Below are positions 39,227 through 52,600 of a DNA stretch of 64,000 nucleotides, in pieces (position 1 is the first letter of the stretch; the number at the start of each line of letters is the position of its first letter). The notes beneath the pieces were generated by a model. The model was not told where the DNA came from and made no database searches. It worked only from the letters and a program-made list of their open reading frames with translations. Position numbers and translations under genes: made by a program. The stretch is from Balanoglossus misakiensis. Its lineage: Eukaryota > Animalia > Hemichordata. The stretch covers positions 5,564,303-5,628,302 of the forward strand of contig CM082582.2 in the NCBI GenBank assembly GCA_040954595.2, in the 5' to 3' direction.

Positions 39227-41135
39227 GTATGTGTATATATTTTAACAAGGTACCGAGAAATTGTAAATGGGCGATTTATCATCTGTACGCGATTTGATTT
39301 GGCCATGATAATTTGAATAAAGTAAGTAACAACTGTACTGACGTACGTGATTTTATACAGTCAAAGCTGTGTTAGTGTCCGCCTCTATACAGTGAAACTT
39401 GTGTGTAGTGGCCACTTTGTTACATTCCATGTACCTGTGCATTAATAGACCTGATGTCTATAAAGGCCACCTGTCTGTAAAGAACGGATAGGGCCAAGTT
39501 CCTTGACAGGCCGCTATAGACAGGTGTATTATAAGGGCCAGTGTAGTTGAATTCAAAATTGTGCTGAAGGTAAAACGCCACGCAATAACTCCTTGCTGTT
39601 TGCACACCGGTGTATACACTGATTTGCTGCTTGACGTTTGACCTGGGAAGGTATTGTAAAGGTATTGTAAATCAAAGATTTGGCGACAAACGGCTGCCCT
39701 ATTTCGCGAGAGGGGTGAGAAGGTCATGGACTCGTGACCCACGTCACACAAACTTCGGTTCTTATCTGAGAGAGCACAAAATACTGAACTCAAACTGACA
39801 CCAAATACTCCGCAGCAAATTATTCTCCCTCCCCACCTGCCCCCCCCCCCCCACCCCGACCCCTCCCAGGCAATCACAAGGCACTAGTTCAAAACAATGT
39901 AATTCTTCACAATGTGTAGTTTAATAATCTTCAATGTTTTAGAACCAACTGAATATTTAAGACAGTCACAATTAATATTGTCATTTATGTTCTGCTAAAC
40001 CCCTGCAGCCAAACATTTCTCTGCCACAAACACCTGTCAAAAATTCAGAAACTGGTTTATAAATAGTAATGTATCGCAAGTCTCACAACCAATATGAGGT
40101 CAATCAGATGCAACTGTATTACTTCAACAGGGGTCAATTCATTAATATTCATCTCGGAAACCCAGCACACTGGTGTCGTCTGGTCACGTCCAGCGAACGT
40201 CTCCACTGTTGCGTCTGAACTTAGTCGAAGATCTGTATTTTCTACGGCTTAGTATCTTCTCGGTAAGCTATTACGTGTGTTAAGTTATAAATAGTTTTAT
40301 TAATATGATTCAGTGGATGTCAAATGAAAGAGCGTGGTTACTGCTAGACGCTGCAGTACAGTGAACGTTACGCTGACTAGACATAAAGTTCTCTTCTGGT
40401 GCATGCCGGGAGTGCACGACTTCAGGCTGATCAGCTGATCGCAGCTGCAGAGGAAAAGTGCATCATATGTGAGCGCAATACAACGACATTTTTCGTCGAC
40501 AAAGTGCCTAGACGCGACTTGGGACGTTCCTAGGTGTTCGCTCGCGCGCAAAGTCACCGTACGGTGACCCGGAAAGGTGTCAAGGCTCGCCACAGGGACG
40601 AACAAACGTGACCACATTAAGCAAGCAAGCAAGCAAACAAACAAATTAACTAACTTTCTACACGACCTGTAATATTGTTATTGTAGGAACCGGTTGCTGT
40701 TGAGGTCACCTCTTCCGGATATATATTCTCAGTCTGTGGTGGGTGTATTTAGCAATTGGCGGATGATCTGGTAAGGCCAAAGTAAGTATAAAATGTGTAT
40801 TATTTCGGGTCATCGCCCGTTTTTGGAGGTTTATTTGAGAGGTAACCGCTCAATGCTAGCATTGTGTCAGTCCAAAGCTTACGTGTGATGCATCACGTGC
40901 GGCTGTACTATTTCAAGAGAGGGGTGAGAAGTCATGTCACATGTCATCCCAATCTAAGGCAACGACCGCAATTAGTGACGGGGTTGAGAGAGACGAGGGA
41001 ATGGAACATGAATACAGAAACACTATGTGAGTTTCTTGCTACGTATGGCGACATTTTTGCACCCAACATGAAGTATCGATTCATTTCTAAATATTTTGAG
41101 TTTTTTTCGTTTTTTAACGCAGGCGATCGTTCGCG

Positions 41136-41822
41136 ATGGATAACACCACTTTTATAACGCCAGTTGGGAAAATGGTTTTACGAAGCTATCGCGAAACAGA
41201 CAAGGCGGCTGTCACGAAGCTCTTCCGAGCGGGAATGTGGGAACACATGGGAGCACTGTGTAAAGACAACATGAAAAGTGCTTCGTTTTGGGTGATTTGG
41301 TTAATAACACTTTCTGTCTTTGGTATTTTTGGGTCAGCGTTTAGTTTTTGCTTAGGAGCGATTGCTCTTGCAACCGTACAGTATCTCTTGTGTGCAACTG
41401 TGTTTCATGTGTATATATTTTCCCGCCTAAACGGCGACCTGCGCGACATCAAGGCGCACTACATGGACCAGCCGAGAAATCACGCGTGGGTTGTAGAGCT
41501 TAACGAGATGGTGATAGGTGTAGTGTGTGTGCGAGAGGACACTCAAGACCGCATGAGGGCGGAGCTTCTCACCATGAGTGTGGCCAAGGATTATCGAAAG
41601 TTAGGAATAGCAAACAAACTGGTGGACATAGTTGTTGAATTTTCAGTGAAACGCGAATACCGAGAATTGTGTCTGGAAACAGGACGATACATGAACTCCG
41701 CAAAAAGGCTCTACCAAAGAAAAGGTTTTCATTTACTGGAGGTCCTATGTGTCTTTAATTTTTTAGTGATAAAGGGATTTGCTTGTCGCTACATTTTGCG
41801 ACTTAGAAACAACAGAGATTAA
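41136..41822 (+). CDS. Camello/NAT8-like GNAT N-acetyltransferase 2 (228 aa), tandem paralog of NAT 1
   Basis: Alignable to 37868-38569 at the nucleotide level by eye; motifs MSVAKDYRKLGIA and LYQRKGF. Confidence 0.88.
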   Translation: MDNTTFITPVGKMVLRSYRETDKAAVTKLFRAGMWEHMGALCKDNMKSASFWVIWLITLSVFGIFGSAFSFCLGAIALATVQYLLCATVFHVYIFSRLNGDLRDIKAHYMDQPRNHAWVVELNEMVIGVVCVREDTQDRMRAELLTMSVAKDYRKLGIANKLVDIVVEFSVKREYRELCLETGRYMNSAKRLYQRKGFHLLEVLCVFNFLVIKGFACRYILRLRNNRD

Positions 41823-42276
41823 AAATCATCAATTTGAGATAAATCTTGGGACAATAATGAATTATGGGACCTTTCAAGCTGCTGTTTGTTATTGAAGCTG
41901 CTCCCTTTGTTCATGGTAAAACAACATATATGGCAGCCATTGGGGCTTTAACTATAATTCAAATTTTATTAACAATTAAGAACATCAATTTGTATTGGTT
42001 TGCGGAAACAGTATTCTTCCTCCGTGTAAGGGTCTTGATATACCAGAAATTTGAAAAAGTACAATTTCCAATTACATATACACGTGGCTTGTTGACAAGC
42101 AGGGAACTGGTCGTGTTATTGGGATACTATGTAGTTTCATAATTTTATTGGCATTTTAAAAATGTTGGGATACTACGGGGGGGACAAGAAGGCGTATATA
42201 GTTCATCCAAATAATCAGACGTCACAATGGTGCCACGCGAGGTCGCACAGCGTGATGTGTACAAAAAGTGATGACG

Positions 42277-45200
42277 TCATCCAGTGATGCGCTCCCGTGC
42301 AATCACTTCGTACGGAGGACACCTGCTGGTACCGCCGTCGAAATTGGGCTTCAGGCTCGGCTTCTCTTTGCCCGGCACCGGCGAAAAGGTGAACTGCTGG
42401 AACAAGCTGACAAATATGAGGAAGAGCTTATTCTTGGCGAATACCTCTCCCAAGCACACGCGACGTCCAGCGGAGAAGGGAAGAAAGCTGTCCGGCTTCG
42501 GCAAAGCCCTGCCGTTCTCGTCCAGAAATCGTTCTGTGGGCAGATTGAATAAGAATGAAAAATAATGCTAATCCTGTCTTGGTTAAACATGCCGGCATCT
42601 ACGTGCGTACCAAACTAGTGCGGCCGATTTACGGCACACGAAGTGGATAAAGAGTCTTATTATTTCCTCATCAACGATATGACCAGCACGCTCAGCCGCG
42701 CCGCGGTCACTTTTCTGAGATACCTCACCGCAAGGGCGTTTCGGGTGTTCATCTACGCGGTAAACAAGTCATGCAGTGATATGACATTGCATTTGTATGT
42801 ATAAGGAAATACACCTGTACTGTTGTGTACCATTAGAGACGGGTTATTCCCATCCTTTAATATCTACAACATACCTGGTCGGAATTCTTCGGGGTTCTTC
42901 CACACTCTTTCGTCCATGTGGAGGTGCCACAGGTTGGACCAGACTTGGGTCCCCTTCGGTATTTTGTATCCCCCTATACGTGGCAATTGAAAGATGTTAA
43001 AGTCCCTAATAGCTTCCAAATTTCACATATTTTTTCCACAGTAAAATACTTCACATAATCTATTAAACAGTTTTGTTTTGTGAACTTCTAAAAGCATTTT
43101 GATGGCTGCGTGTCCGATCGACTCCTGTTGAGTGAAAGTGTTCAAAAGGAAGTTGAGGTCGGAGCCCCCCCCCCCCCCCCCCCACCACTACCACCACGTG
43201 GATGCAACGCACTTACCAACCGAAGTATCCACGGTAGTTTCACGAGGGACACCTACTGGAACAACCGTCCTTATTCTCATGACTTCGTGGATGGCCGCCT
43301 CGCAGTACGGCAAAGTACCCTTGTCAGAGAGCAGCGGCAGACGATCTCGCCCGATGACGTCATCGATCTCCTGCTGGCATTTCACTTGAACATCCGGGCA
43401 ATTCACCATGTAGGCCACGCTCCAGTTTAGTGTGTGTACTGTTGTATCGACCCCAGCTGCATTTCAAGGAACGGGTAGAAATGATAAAGCCACGAGTAGT
43501 GTGATCAAGCACTTGGTTTCATATCATGTCAAAAATACAAATATCAGCGTGAATATAGGAAGGGTGAAGTTTCAATGGTCAGCACGTCACCTCTTATTCC
43601 TTCAGTATATCTTTGTCTGAAGGTCGTATACACCACTTGAACCGCGGGTTTCATAAAACAAGTATATTCCTCCAAACCTTCCAATTCTTTGCTATATTAA
43701 AGCGTGTATGGAATCTTTTTGAAAACGGAGAAGAAACGTGGGTGTTCACCTCCACTTTAAATTATCTTCATCATGACTTACCACAAAGATTGGCGGCCAT
43801 TTTGAATTTCGAATTTTAGACAATTTGACACAATTTTTCTGTCACATTCAAAATTTTGCAGGTTGACCCCAGTTGTTACTCTCATTTTGAAGAAAGAATA
43901 ATTTTAAGTCGACTTGATCGAAATATGAGAGAAAGTTTAATATTTTCAAGGCGAATCTTACCTCCAAATATATCACCTAACAACTGCCGAACGTTCACGT
44001 CCGTCAGTGTATCAGCCTCTTCTTCACCTGCTGCCGCAGATTCTCTTTGTATCTTTAGAAAATCGTTGATGAGATTATGAGCCTCTCCTTAACAGAAAAC
44101 AACGAAGGGAAATTCTCAATCAATAGATCAATCATACAATAATCCAGTTTTTGTAGAGGTTTTAGTCAACCCGACATGAATTCTTACCAACGGAAGTTGG
44201 AGGATGTAGGCTAAGGTCATGTATGGATCAAGGTCATGTATGGGTCCAGTGTTCCCTTTTCGCCAAATATCAGTGATATCAGCAATGGCAACCGAGCTTT
44301 CAGTGCACTGTTGAACAGCATTACTTGAAGTAGAGTGCATTTCTCGACTTTACCTTCTTCGTTTCTCTTCTTGATGTCGTCAATCTTCGATTGGATGAAG
44401 CCATTCCAGGAATCGGCCGCTTTCCTGACTGCGAGCAAGCTTTTGGTTTCAAACTTCCGGAAGATTGGTATAACATCAGCCAAGAGGCCATTTCCCACGA
44501 CTTCTGTCAATTCATCGATCAACTTCATGATCCTCTTAAATTCGGGATCATCGAGTTCATACCTGGAATGACGGGGTTTATTTGTGGACAAAATATATCA
44601 CAATTAATAGATGTCCTTGTACTACTGTTGTGCACGCCCGGAAAAAAAAAGTTTTGATTTTCATCATATGCTGCATCGGTGCACGTTACTGTGGCAAAAC
44701 CATCCATTTAAATTTTTTTAACATGGTACTGCTGGACCTCGTCCGCTTTGTCGTGGCGCCGCTTGCGGGGAGGCGAGAAGTAGAGCAACGTTTCCTACCG
44801 CTAGTGGCGCACTATGCATAAGCGAAGCGAACGATCGAGGTCTAGAAATACTGAGACTAGGTGTCGACTTACTGCTGATCAAAGCACACGGAAGCGACCA
44901 CATTGTTTACCAGCAACAGCAGCAAAGCCCTTGGGTCGATCGGCTTCCCATCCTTCTCTCTGATGGCTCTTTGCAGACGTGGAAAGGCTTCCTCCCTCAC
45001 CAGACGTTCCAAGTTAGGGCCAGTGCCATAGTCCCTGAAACGTACACTATAGGTTATCGTCTGACACTTTTCCCGCCACTTCTACTACGTGCACGATCAT
45101 TTTGATCGGAAGTTTGAATCAAGTTTGCTTCTCGCAAAGATAACAAGGCATTCCACAGAAGATTATGGTAAGAAAACTAAAATCTATTTTTTGATATGGT

Positions 45201-45694
45201 GCTTTTCTCGGAGAAATGTTTTTTTTGTTACCTGATTGCTTTGTGACCGATTTTACGCAGGGCCTTCCACTTCGGGGTGAAACCTCCAAAAGCAATGTCT
45301 TGCCCGCCTTCAGTGAACAGGTCAACTTCCGATTTAAAAAGAATAATGTGTAGGGTGAGAAATTGTCAGCCTGAGGGTTACGCGCGAAGTTTTGCCTTGT
45401 CTTTTCATTGGAAACTACAGATCTTCCTTGAAAAGCATAGTCAAATAAGAAACCATTTTGTTGAGAGTTCTCAGGTGATGTAGTACACGGTCAATAACGC
45501 ATTAGCTGACTCATACCGAAGCATACTAGTAAAGACTGCAATGAAAGTCGTTCAGGCTCAATCTGTTGTTAATCTTTCCAAGTCTTCTAAAGATTTCAGA
45601 CGACCAAATTGTAGTATCCCGAAAGATGTTGCCACGTGCAAATCACTCAACGGAAAACAAATGCTTCTCACGAAAAGTGATGTGTAGAGCTGCC

Positions 45695-45756
<62 letters not shown>

Positions 45757-46702
45757 CCATCACCATCATCATCATCATCACCCCTGCTGAGGTGAAACTT
45801 ACTGGAAAATATCCAGGGTCTCCCTGCAAAGTCGTTCTGTTTCTTAACCAGCGCTTCTCGTACAACTTCGATGCTGCTGAGCACGACAAGGCGCTTCTTC
45901 CCGAGTTTCATGGAGCATACGTCGCCATATTTTTTAGGCAGCCCTGAGATCTGCCCTACGGGGTCTCTGGCAAAAGCTGAAAAAGAACACATTGCTTGAC
46001 TTGGCTTGGCTTGTCGAGTATTCGGCGGCCACACTACGACCAGTGTTTGCCGGCCATGTTTTGTTTGTCAACGCATGCGCGGGGACACATTCGGCATGGG
46101 GACGAATTCGGCATAACACCTGTTCCGGGTCGACACTGTGGTGAAAACAAACTACACAACTGCCCGTGCAGTTCAACGACACGTTTTAGCGATTAGGTCT
46201 ACCATTCAAATTTATATCTTTCCCACTCACCAGGCTGAATGCAATTGGTGAGGCTTCCAGTATATTACCACACCCTTTTAAATTCAGACAAATGTGATAT
46301 CACCATTTATAGATAGAATACTTTGCTCTAATATTAGAGTAGCTTTCAGACCGAATCTCTACAAGTTAGATACTGCAAAGACTGGACAATTTTAGATAAA
46401 ATGTTGAACTGCATGTAACTCAATGACTGAACACATGCACTCATTATCTCATACCCCGGCCATAAAACTTGCAACGAGTCCGAGGTCGGTGAGCATGAAC
46501 TTCTAGAACGCCCACAGTTCCAAGAACGGGCGGCCACCAACTTACCAACAATGCTACCAAGGATTGGCAACCCTCTCGGTCCTGGCGGAAATCCAGGCGG
46601 CACACGAGTGTTCCGATACGCCAATACCACTATCAGTATCAACAAAACATAGGTCGGACTGGTGAGGACACTCAGAAGTATTCCAAAAAGTTCGGAAATC
46701 AT
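42277..46702 (-). CDS. Cytochrome P450, clan 2 (CYP17/CYP2-like), copy A (505 aa, 9 coding exons)
   Basis: Exons 46702-46546, 45976-45803, 45325-45232, 45034-44873, 44562-44354, 44087-43962, 43456-43217, 42973-42875, 42533-42277; 1518 nt in total. TM anchor plus [12 protein letters not shown]-helix WKALRK, I-helix AGVDTT, K-helix EVMR, FRPERF and heme motif [10 protein letters not shown]. Confidence 0.93.
45694..45781. repeat. (CAT)n microsatellite in intron 2 of CYP copy A
   Basis: Read directly; it lies past the splice donor at 45802 on the minus strand. Confidence 0.97.
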
Positions 46703-48526
46703 TCTGTTGACTAGATAAGAATATGTAAACTGTGTCGGTTATTTTGGACAAAAACAGGTGATATCATATTGGGCTGTTTGTCCAAACCGGTCGATTCATG
46801 GACACGCACTACCCTCACAGTCTTATCGGGGGGAAAATCAGAATAGTAAACGTACTAAGCACCTGTTGGGGTCAAAGGTGCTTCGGTGTCAAGTTCTACT
46901 TGTTAATTGGTCCCTGCGTGAACGCCATATCTTAGGCCAAAGGTGATTGGTTACATAATTTGAATGGACGATAGGTCATGCATCGTTTCAACCACGAATC
47001 CCCACGATCGATTTGCGAAAGCATCATCGTGTTTCAATGTAATTTCGCGTTGAGCTCCAGTTTGTCCAGCGCCTATGCTGCCCTGTACAGTTATGTACAT
47101 AGTGTCGGCCCATAGCATTGGTGCTGGGCGAACTGGAGCGCGCAGACGACTGTAAAATTCAGCAACGTTCTCCAAATGCCGAAAAAGGTCGGTGACCTTT
47201 CCGTCGTCGACCTTTTTATGCTACGGATTACCGAAGTGATGGTACTACCATGGAGGTTCTATTTCCTCCATGGTACTACTAACCATTACCATTACCTTGT
47301 ACTACTGAGAATCTCTCTTCAGAAACGTATTTTATATATTACTAAAATAAGCTATTATAACATATAGTAAAGCAGGCGGTGGTGTCGATATAGGCTCGGC
47401 ACATTTCTGAGGCCATCACCTAGTGGTTAGAAGTGGCATACATAATTTTTAATCACTTTACAATTAATAAAAAACTGAAATAGCGTCTATACAAGCGCCT
47501 GTGCACAGCATAACCTAAAACGAAGGAAACCGAAGGAAACCGAAGGACACTGATTTTTCCATATTTTAGTGCGAAGGACACGGTTTTCTGTATGCTAGAG
47601 GCCGAAGGACTGGTTTAGCTTCGAATTAAACGCCGAAGGACGGGTGTAGCTCCGTAATTTTGGCCGAAGGAAAGCGAAGGACGCTGATTTATCCGTATTT
47701 TAGTGCGAAGGACGTGGTTTTCTCTATGCTGGGGGCCGAAGGACTGGTTTAGTTCGGTAATTAAAGCTTAAGGACGGGTGTAGCTCCGTAATTTTGGCCG
47801 AAGGAAACCGAAGGACACTGATTTTTCCATATTTTAGTGCGAAGGACACGGTTTTCTGTATGCTAGAGGCCGAAGGACTGGTTTAGCTTCGAATTAAACG
47901 CCGAAGGACGGGTGTAGCTCCGTAATTTTGGCCGAAGGAAAGCGAAGGACGCTGATTTATCCGTATTTTAGTGCGAAGGACGTGGGTTTCTCTATGCTGG
48001 GGGCCGAAGGACTGGTTTAGTTCGGTAATTAAAGCTTAAGGACGGGTGTAGCTCCGTAATTTTGGCCGAAGGAAACCGAAGGACACTGATTTTTCCATAT
48101 TTTAGTGCGAAGGACACGGTTTTCTGTATGCTAGAGGCCGAAGGACTGGTTTAGCTTCGAATTAAACGCCGAAGGACGGGTGTAGCTCCGTAATTTTGGC
48201 CGAAGGAAAGCGAAGGACGCTGATTTATCCGTATTTTAGTGCGAAGGACGTGGGTTTCTCTATGCTGGGGGCCGAAGGACTGGTTTAGTTCGGTAATTAA
48301 AGCTTAAGGACGGGTGTAGCTCCGTAATTTTGGCCGAAGGAAACCGAAGGACACTGATTTTTCCATATTTTAGTGCGAAGGACACGGTTTTCTCTATGCT
48401 GGAGGCCAAGGGATTGGTTTAGCTTCGAATTAAACGCCGAAGGACGGATGTAGCTCCGTAATTTAGGCCGAAGGAAAGTGAAGGACGCTCATATCTCCAT
48501 ATTTTAGGGCGAAGGGAAGCCAGTAA

Positions 48527-49309
48527 GGTGCGGAATTGCGTTTTATCGTTTTTAGAAAGTTTAGCTACAAGTGTAGTAAGCTAAATTAGCTGTAGCTAAA
48601 TAGTTCTAAACTATCTAAGTTTTAAGGATAATTATCACTACGATAATTATCGCTTTCTAAATATCGTTCTAAATTTATAAATTAGCCACAGTTTAGAAAG
48701 CCCCCCCCCCCCCCGACTAAAATTTTCTGCCGACGATATAAGTGCTGTATTTCCATTCCAATATTTGCGGAATTTTCATGTATGATTTCAATTGGTGCAT
48801 TTCAATTTCAATATTTGCGGACGGGAGAATGTTGGGAATCGTTTATTGCCCAAATCAAGCCTTATCTCAAAACTCCTCTCAGTTTATTGAGATATGGGCT
48901 TCGTTTATATGACACCATTGTTCTGTGCAACGACTGAAGTCTCAGGTTAATCAATGTCTTAACACCATTGTTCTACCATTATGAGGTGTTGTAAAATGTC
49001 AGAGTTAGAACTTCGACTATATATACTGTTAAAATAAAACAAAGATCACATTTGACTTCCCACCGAAGTACTGGCCATCCCGTCTCTCTCTTCATTCCAA
49101 GCCTACTTCCAAAGTGTACGCCGTACATTTGTAAACGCCCAAGTAGTCCAACTTTCTAAACTGCTGCTAGTTTAGAAAGTTTAGAACGATATTTAGAAAG
49201 TGATAATTATCTTGAAAAAAGCCGTGTTTATCATTATTAGCTAAATTAGCTTCCTTAGACAATACATGTAGTTTAGAAATGCCCCTTCAATAAGACACAA
49301 TTCCGCACC
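48527..49309. mobile_element. PIF/Harbinger (Tourist-like) MITE nested in the foldback element
   Basis: TIRs GGTGCGGAATTGCGTTTTAT and ATAAGACACAATTCCGCACC, flanked by TAA on both sides. The foldback subrepeat resumes after it at about 49316. Confidence 0.75.
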
Positions 49310-49432
49310 TAACTCAGGAAAGCGAAGGACAGTGATTCTCCATATTTTAGGGAGAAGGACATTAGTATCCCTCTCTCTGTATCTCGGAACTAGGATATCA
49401 ATAGTGTGATCTTGTGTTGAGATCGTTTTTTG

Positions 49433-49618
49433 TCAATTGTTTTTCATTTCCAGTTCATGGAACGTAATGTCGGCTATTCCCGGTGAAGCATTTGAGCCCA
49501 CGGTACAACTGCATGTTTGCTTGTAGAATTTGTTGTTTAATTCAAAAGTATTGTTACGTAGAATTAGTGATAGCATTTCTATGAGGTATGTTTGTTTAGA
49601 TTTGTTTCGTGTAAACAT
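49433..49618 (-). mobile_element. Penelope-like reverse transcriptase fragment in the foldback spacer
   Basis: LSLILRNNTFELNNKFYKQTCSCTVGSNASPGIADI resembles the PLE RT motif L..NxFxFNxxFYxQxxGxAMGSxxSPxxAN; degenerate. Confidence 0.6.
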
Positions 49619-52600
49619 GACACTCTACTTAAGATCTCGACATTGATATCAGTAACTCTGGTCAGACGTGTACTAGCTGACGCCAAGTCTCTGATAATCG
49701 TGAGAGAATCGTGTCCTTCGCCCTAAAATATGGAAATATGACTGTCCTTCCTTTTCCTTCGCCCTAAATTACGGAGCTACACTTGTCCTTCGGCCTCTAG
49801 CATACAGAAAACCTTTTCCTTCGCACTAAAATATGGAAAAAACAGTGTCCTTCGGTTTCCTTCGGCGTTTAATTCGAAGCTAAACCAGTCCTTCGGCCCC
49901 CAGCAAACAGAAAACCTTTTCCTTCGCACTAAAATATGGAAAAAACAGTGTCCTTCGGTTTCCTTCGGCCAAAATTACGGAGCTACACCCGTCCTTTGGC
50001 TTTAATTACTGAGCTAAACCTGTCCTTCGGCCTCTAGCATACAGAAAACCGTGTCCTTCGCACTAAAATATGGAAAAATCAGTGTCCTTCGCTTTCCTTC
50101 GGCCAAAATTACGGAGCTACACCCGTCCTTTGGCTTTAATTACTGAGCTAAACCTGTCCTTCGGCCTCTAGCATACAGAAAACCGTGTCCTTCGCACTAA
50201 AATATGGAAAAATCAGTGTCCTTCGCTTTCCTTCGGCCAAAATTACGGAGCTACACCCGTCCTTCGGCTTTAATTACCGAACTAAACCTGTCCTTCGGCC
50301 ACCAGCATAATTAATTACCGAACTAAACCTGTCCTTCGGCCACCAGCATAGAGAAAACCCTTTCCTTCGCACTTAAATATGGATAAATCAGCGTCCTTCG
50401 GTTTCCTTCGGCGTTTAATTCGAAGCTAAACCAGTCCTTCGGCCACCAGCACAGAGAAAACCATTTCATTCGCACTAAAATATGGAAAAAACAGTGTCCT
50501 TCAGTTTCCTTCGGTTTCCTTCGGTTTCCTTCGTTTTAGTCTCACCCCCTGTGCACTGACCGTCACTCTGCAATCTAATCACGCGATTCCACATTCATTA
50601 CAGGCGAGGTTCATATATGTGAGTGACAGTGTGGATACTTACCGAAAAAAGGTCTCAATGCAGCTCTAAAGATACCAGACTGTTGGCCCTCGCCCCAGAT
50701 CGTGCACCTGCGTTCCCGTATACAGAAAACGCGTAGCTCTTTTATATACGTGTATACAACTGTGAGTCACTCTCATATGTTTGCACTGTGACACGCCATG
50801 GCTATGACGTCAGCTGAATACACATCACGAACATGCAAATCGAAATAGTCGAAGTATGTTCTCTGCGTTATTGAATAAGCAAGTCATAAAAAAACATTCC
50901 GCATAATAAATACCACTGCAGTCAGAACGTAAGTGGGGTAATTAAACAGCAGGGGATCATGCAATGCAAACACTCGAACTGGCCAGTAACGTTTGAATTG
51001 CTCATTTGCATACAGTTTTTCAACTTTTTTCACAACGAAAGTTAAGCAACTTGCAACCCATTTCTGACAATGATTTCACCCCAGGCACATTACTGGTACT
51101 ATGAGTGTACTACATGTGATTTTTCATGAAGTTTTATCGAGAAGAATTTATTTACTTCCACTGACAAAATTGTGATCACGAAATTCAAAGTGACCTTGAA
51201 GTTAAAAAATAAAAAAAAATATCAGCCATACCCACACAAAAATTAACCCCCTCAGGTTTTAGAAACATTATTAAACTCCTCTATTCATAATTTTGACATG
51301 AATATATCCATGCCGAGAGTCAAGGACCACAATTTACAGTGCCATAGGTCAGTCCTGAGAAGTCAGTCAGCGTGAATAGTGAATAGACTCCGTATGTAAT
51401 ATGCTAATGAGAGTTAACGACGCGTTGAAAAGGAAGCCATTACGTCATGGGTTAACATGCGTTGACCTACTTCAATGCATACACATATGGCAAACACGGC
51501 TGTACTCGTCGATGGCGAAGGCAATTTTTACACCGTCATTACTCCACAACGGAGCGGCTCACAACATTATAATTTCACGGTAACTTAGTTCAATATCTTC
51601 CTAACCTACCCAATTTTTTTCAAGACAAGAAATCTTTGCCGAGAGTCAAGGACCACAATTTTAACCAACATACCGAAACTGTCTATCTCGGGAACGCGTC
51701 GTTAAAACTTCACGAAAAATCATCCTATCATTGACTATAGTGTTTCATACACGTCTTAGAAAAATGGATGCACTACGATCACTTGTAGTACCGAAAATCT
51801 CCGTTTGAAAATTTTTCGAACTGGCCGTAACTGCCACTCAGTGACGTTCACATTCAAATAGATCTCTTTGATCTCACCGTCGTAATTAGTCTGCCTCCGT
51901 TCTGACTGCTGTATCCACGCAATGCACATCAGAGGCCCTCAATCTGATTAAAATCAGATGTAGGGAACGGTGACGTGTTTTTTTATGCTGTCGCCTACAT
52001 CTGATTTTAATCAGATTGCAGGGGCCCTGTGCCTAGGTAACGATATTTTTGTCCGATAAACCTTCCAATCAAAATTTTTAAGTAGGATGTGGATTTTAGT
52101 TTAATTTATTTAGCCACTGCTGTCCCAATGACGTCAAGGACAATATCGTCCCTGAATCTTGGCCAGACTAGTACGTCCATGCTTTATTAAAGCAAGAACC
52201 ACCGCCGAGGGCAGTATAGATATATGACTCGGTCTGGTTCCCTGCTAGTCTGGTTCCCTGCCCCAATCCCACCACTGGGAAGGGTCGGTGATGGCATAAT
52301 GAGACAATTACCGTGTGATGATAACCCATGCCCAACATGACTGCCTCAAACGTTCGCACACGGTGAAGCTGGAGATCCCGACCTGCAACCGGCGCGTGTT
52401 TGTCTTCAGTGTTCGTTTTTGGATTTCAACAATGTTGTGATCTTTCATAGAATGAAGTTGAACTTCGGTAGCAACTATTATATTGGTGGTTTCTCTATTC
52501 TTTTTTTCGTTGCGTGTTCCCACCTCGTCGACCATCCGTCGAACGCAACTAGATACTGGCATGTCTTGACGTTGTCTTGACGATTCCTTTCGTCCAACTG

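Larger units (their letters stand above)
47507..50547. mobile_element. Foldback-type non-autonomous DNA transposon with long, internally tandem-repeated inverted arms
   Basis: The left arm (about 47515-48515) is built from CGAAGGA-cored subrepeats in about 258-bp higher-order units. The right arm (about 49710-50540) is its reverse complement (TCCTTCG). The 9-bp direct repeat CCTGTGCAC at 47498-47506 and 50548-50556 lies the same distance from the CTAAAACGAAGG inverted motif at each end. Confidence 0.85.

Noticed and set aside
45566-45889. Poly-His, poly-Met and poly-Asp ORFs
   Set aside because: These are translations of an intronic (CAT)n microsatellite.
47515-50540. CRISPR-like regularly spaced repeats
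   Set aside because: The intervening sequences are themselves repeated rather than unique spacers, there are no cas genes, and the context is eukaryotic. A foldback element explains the pattern.
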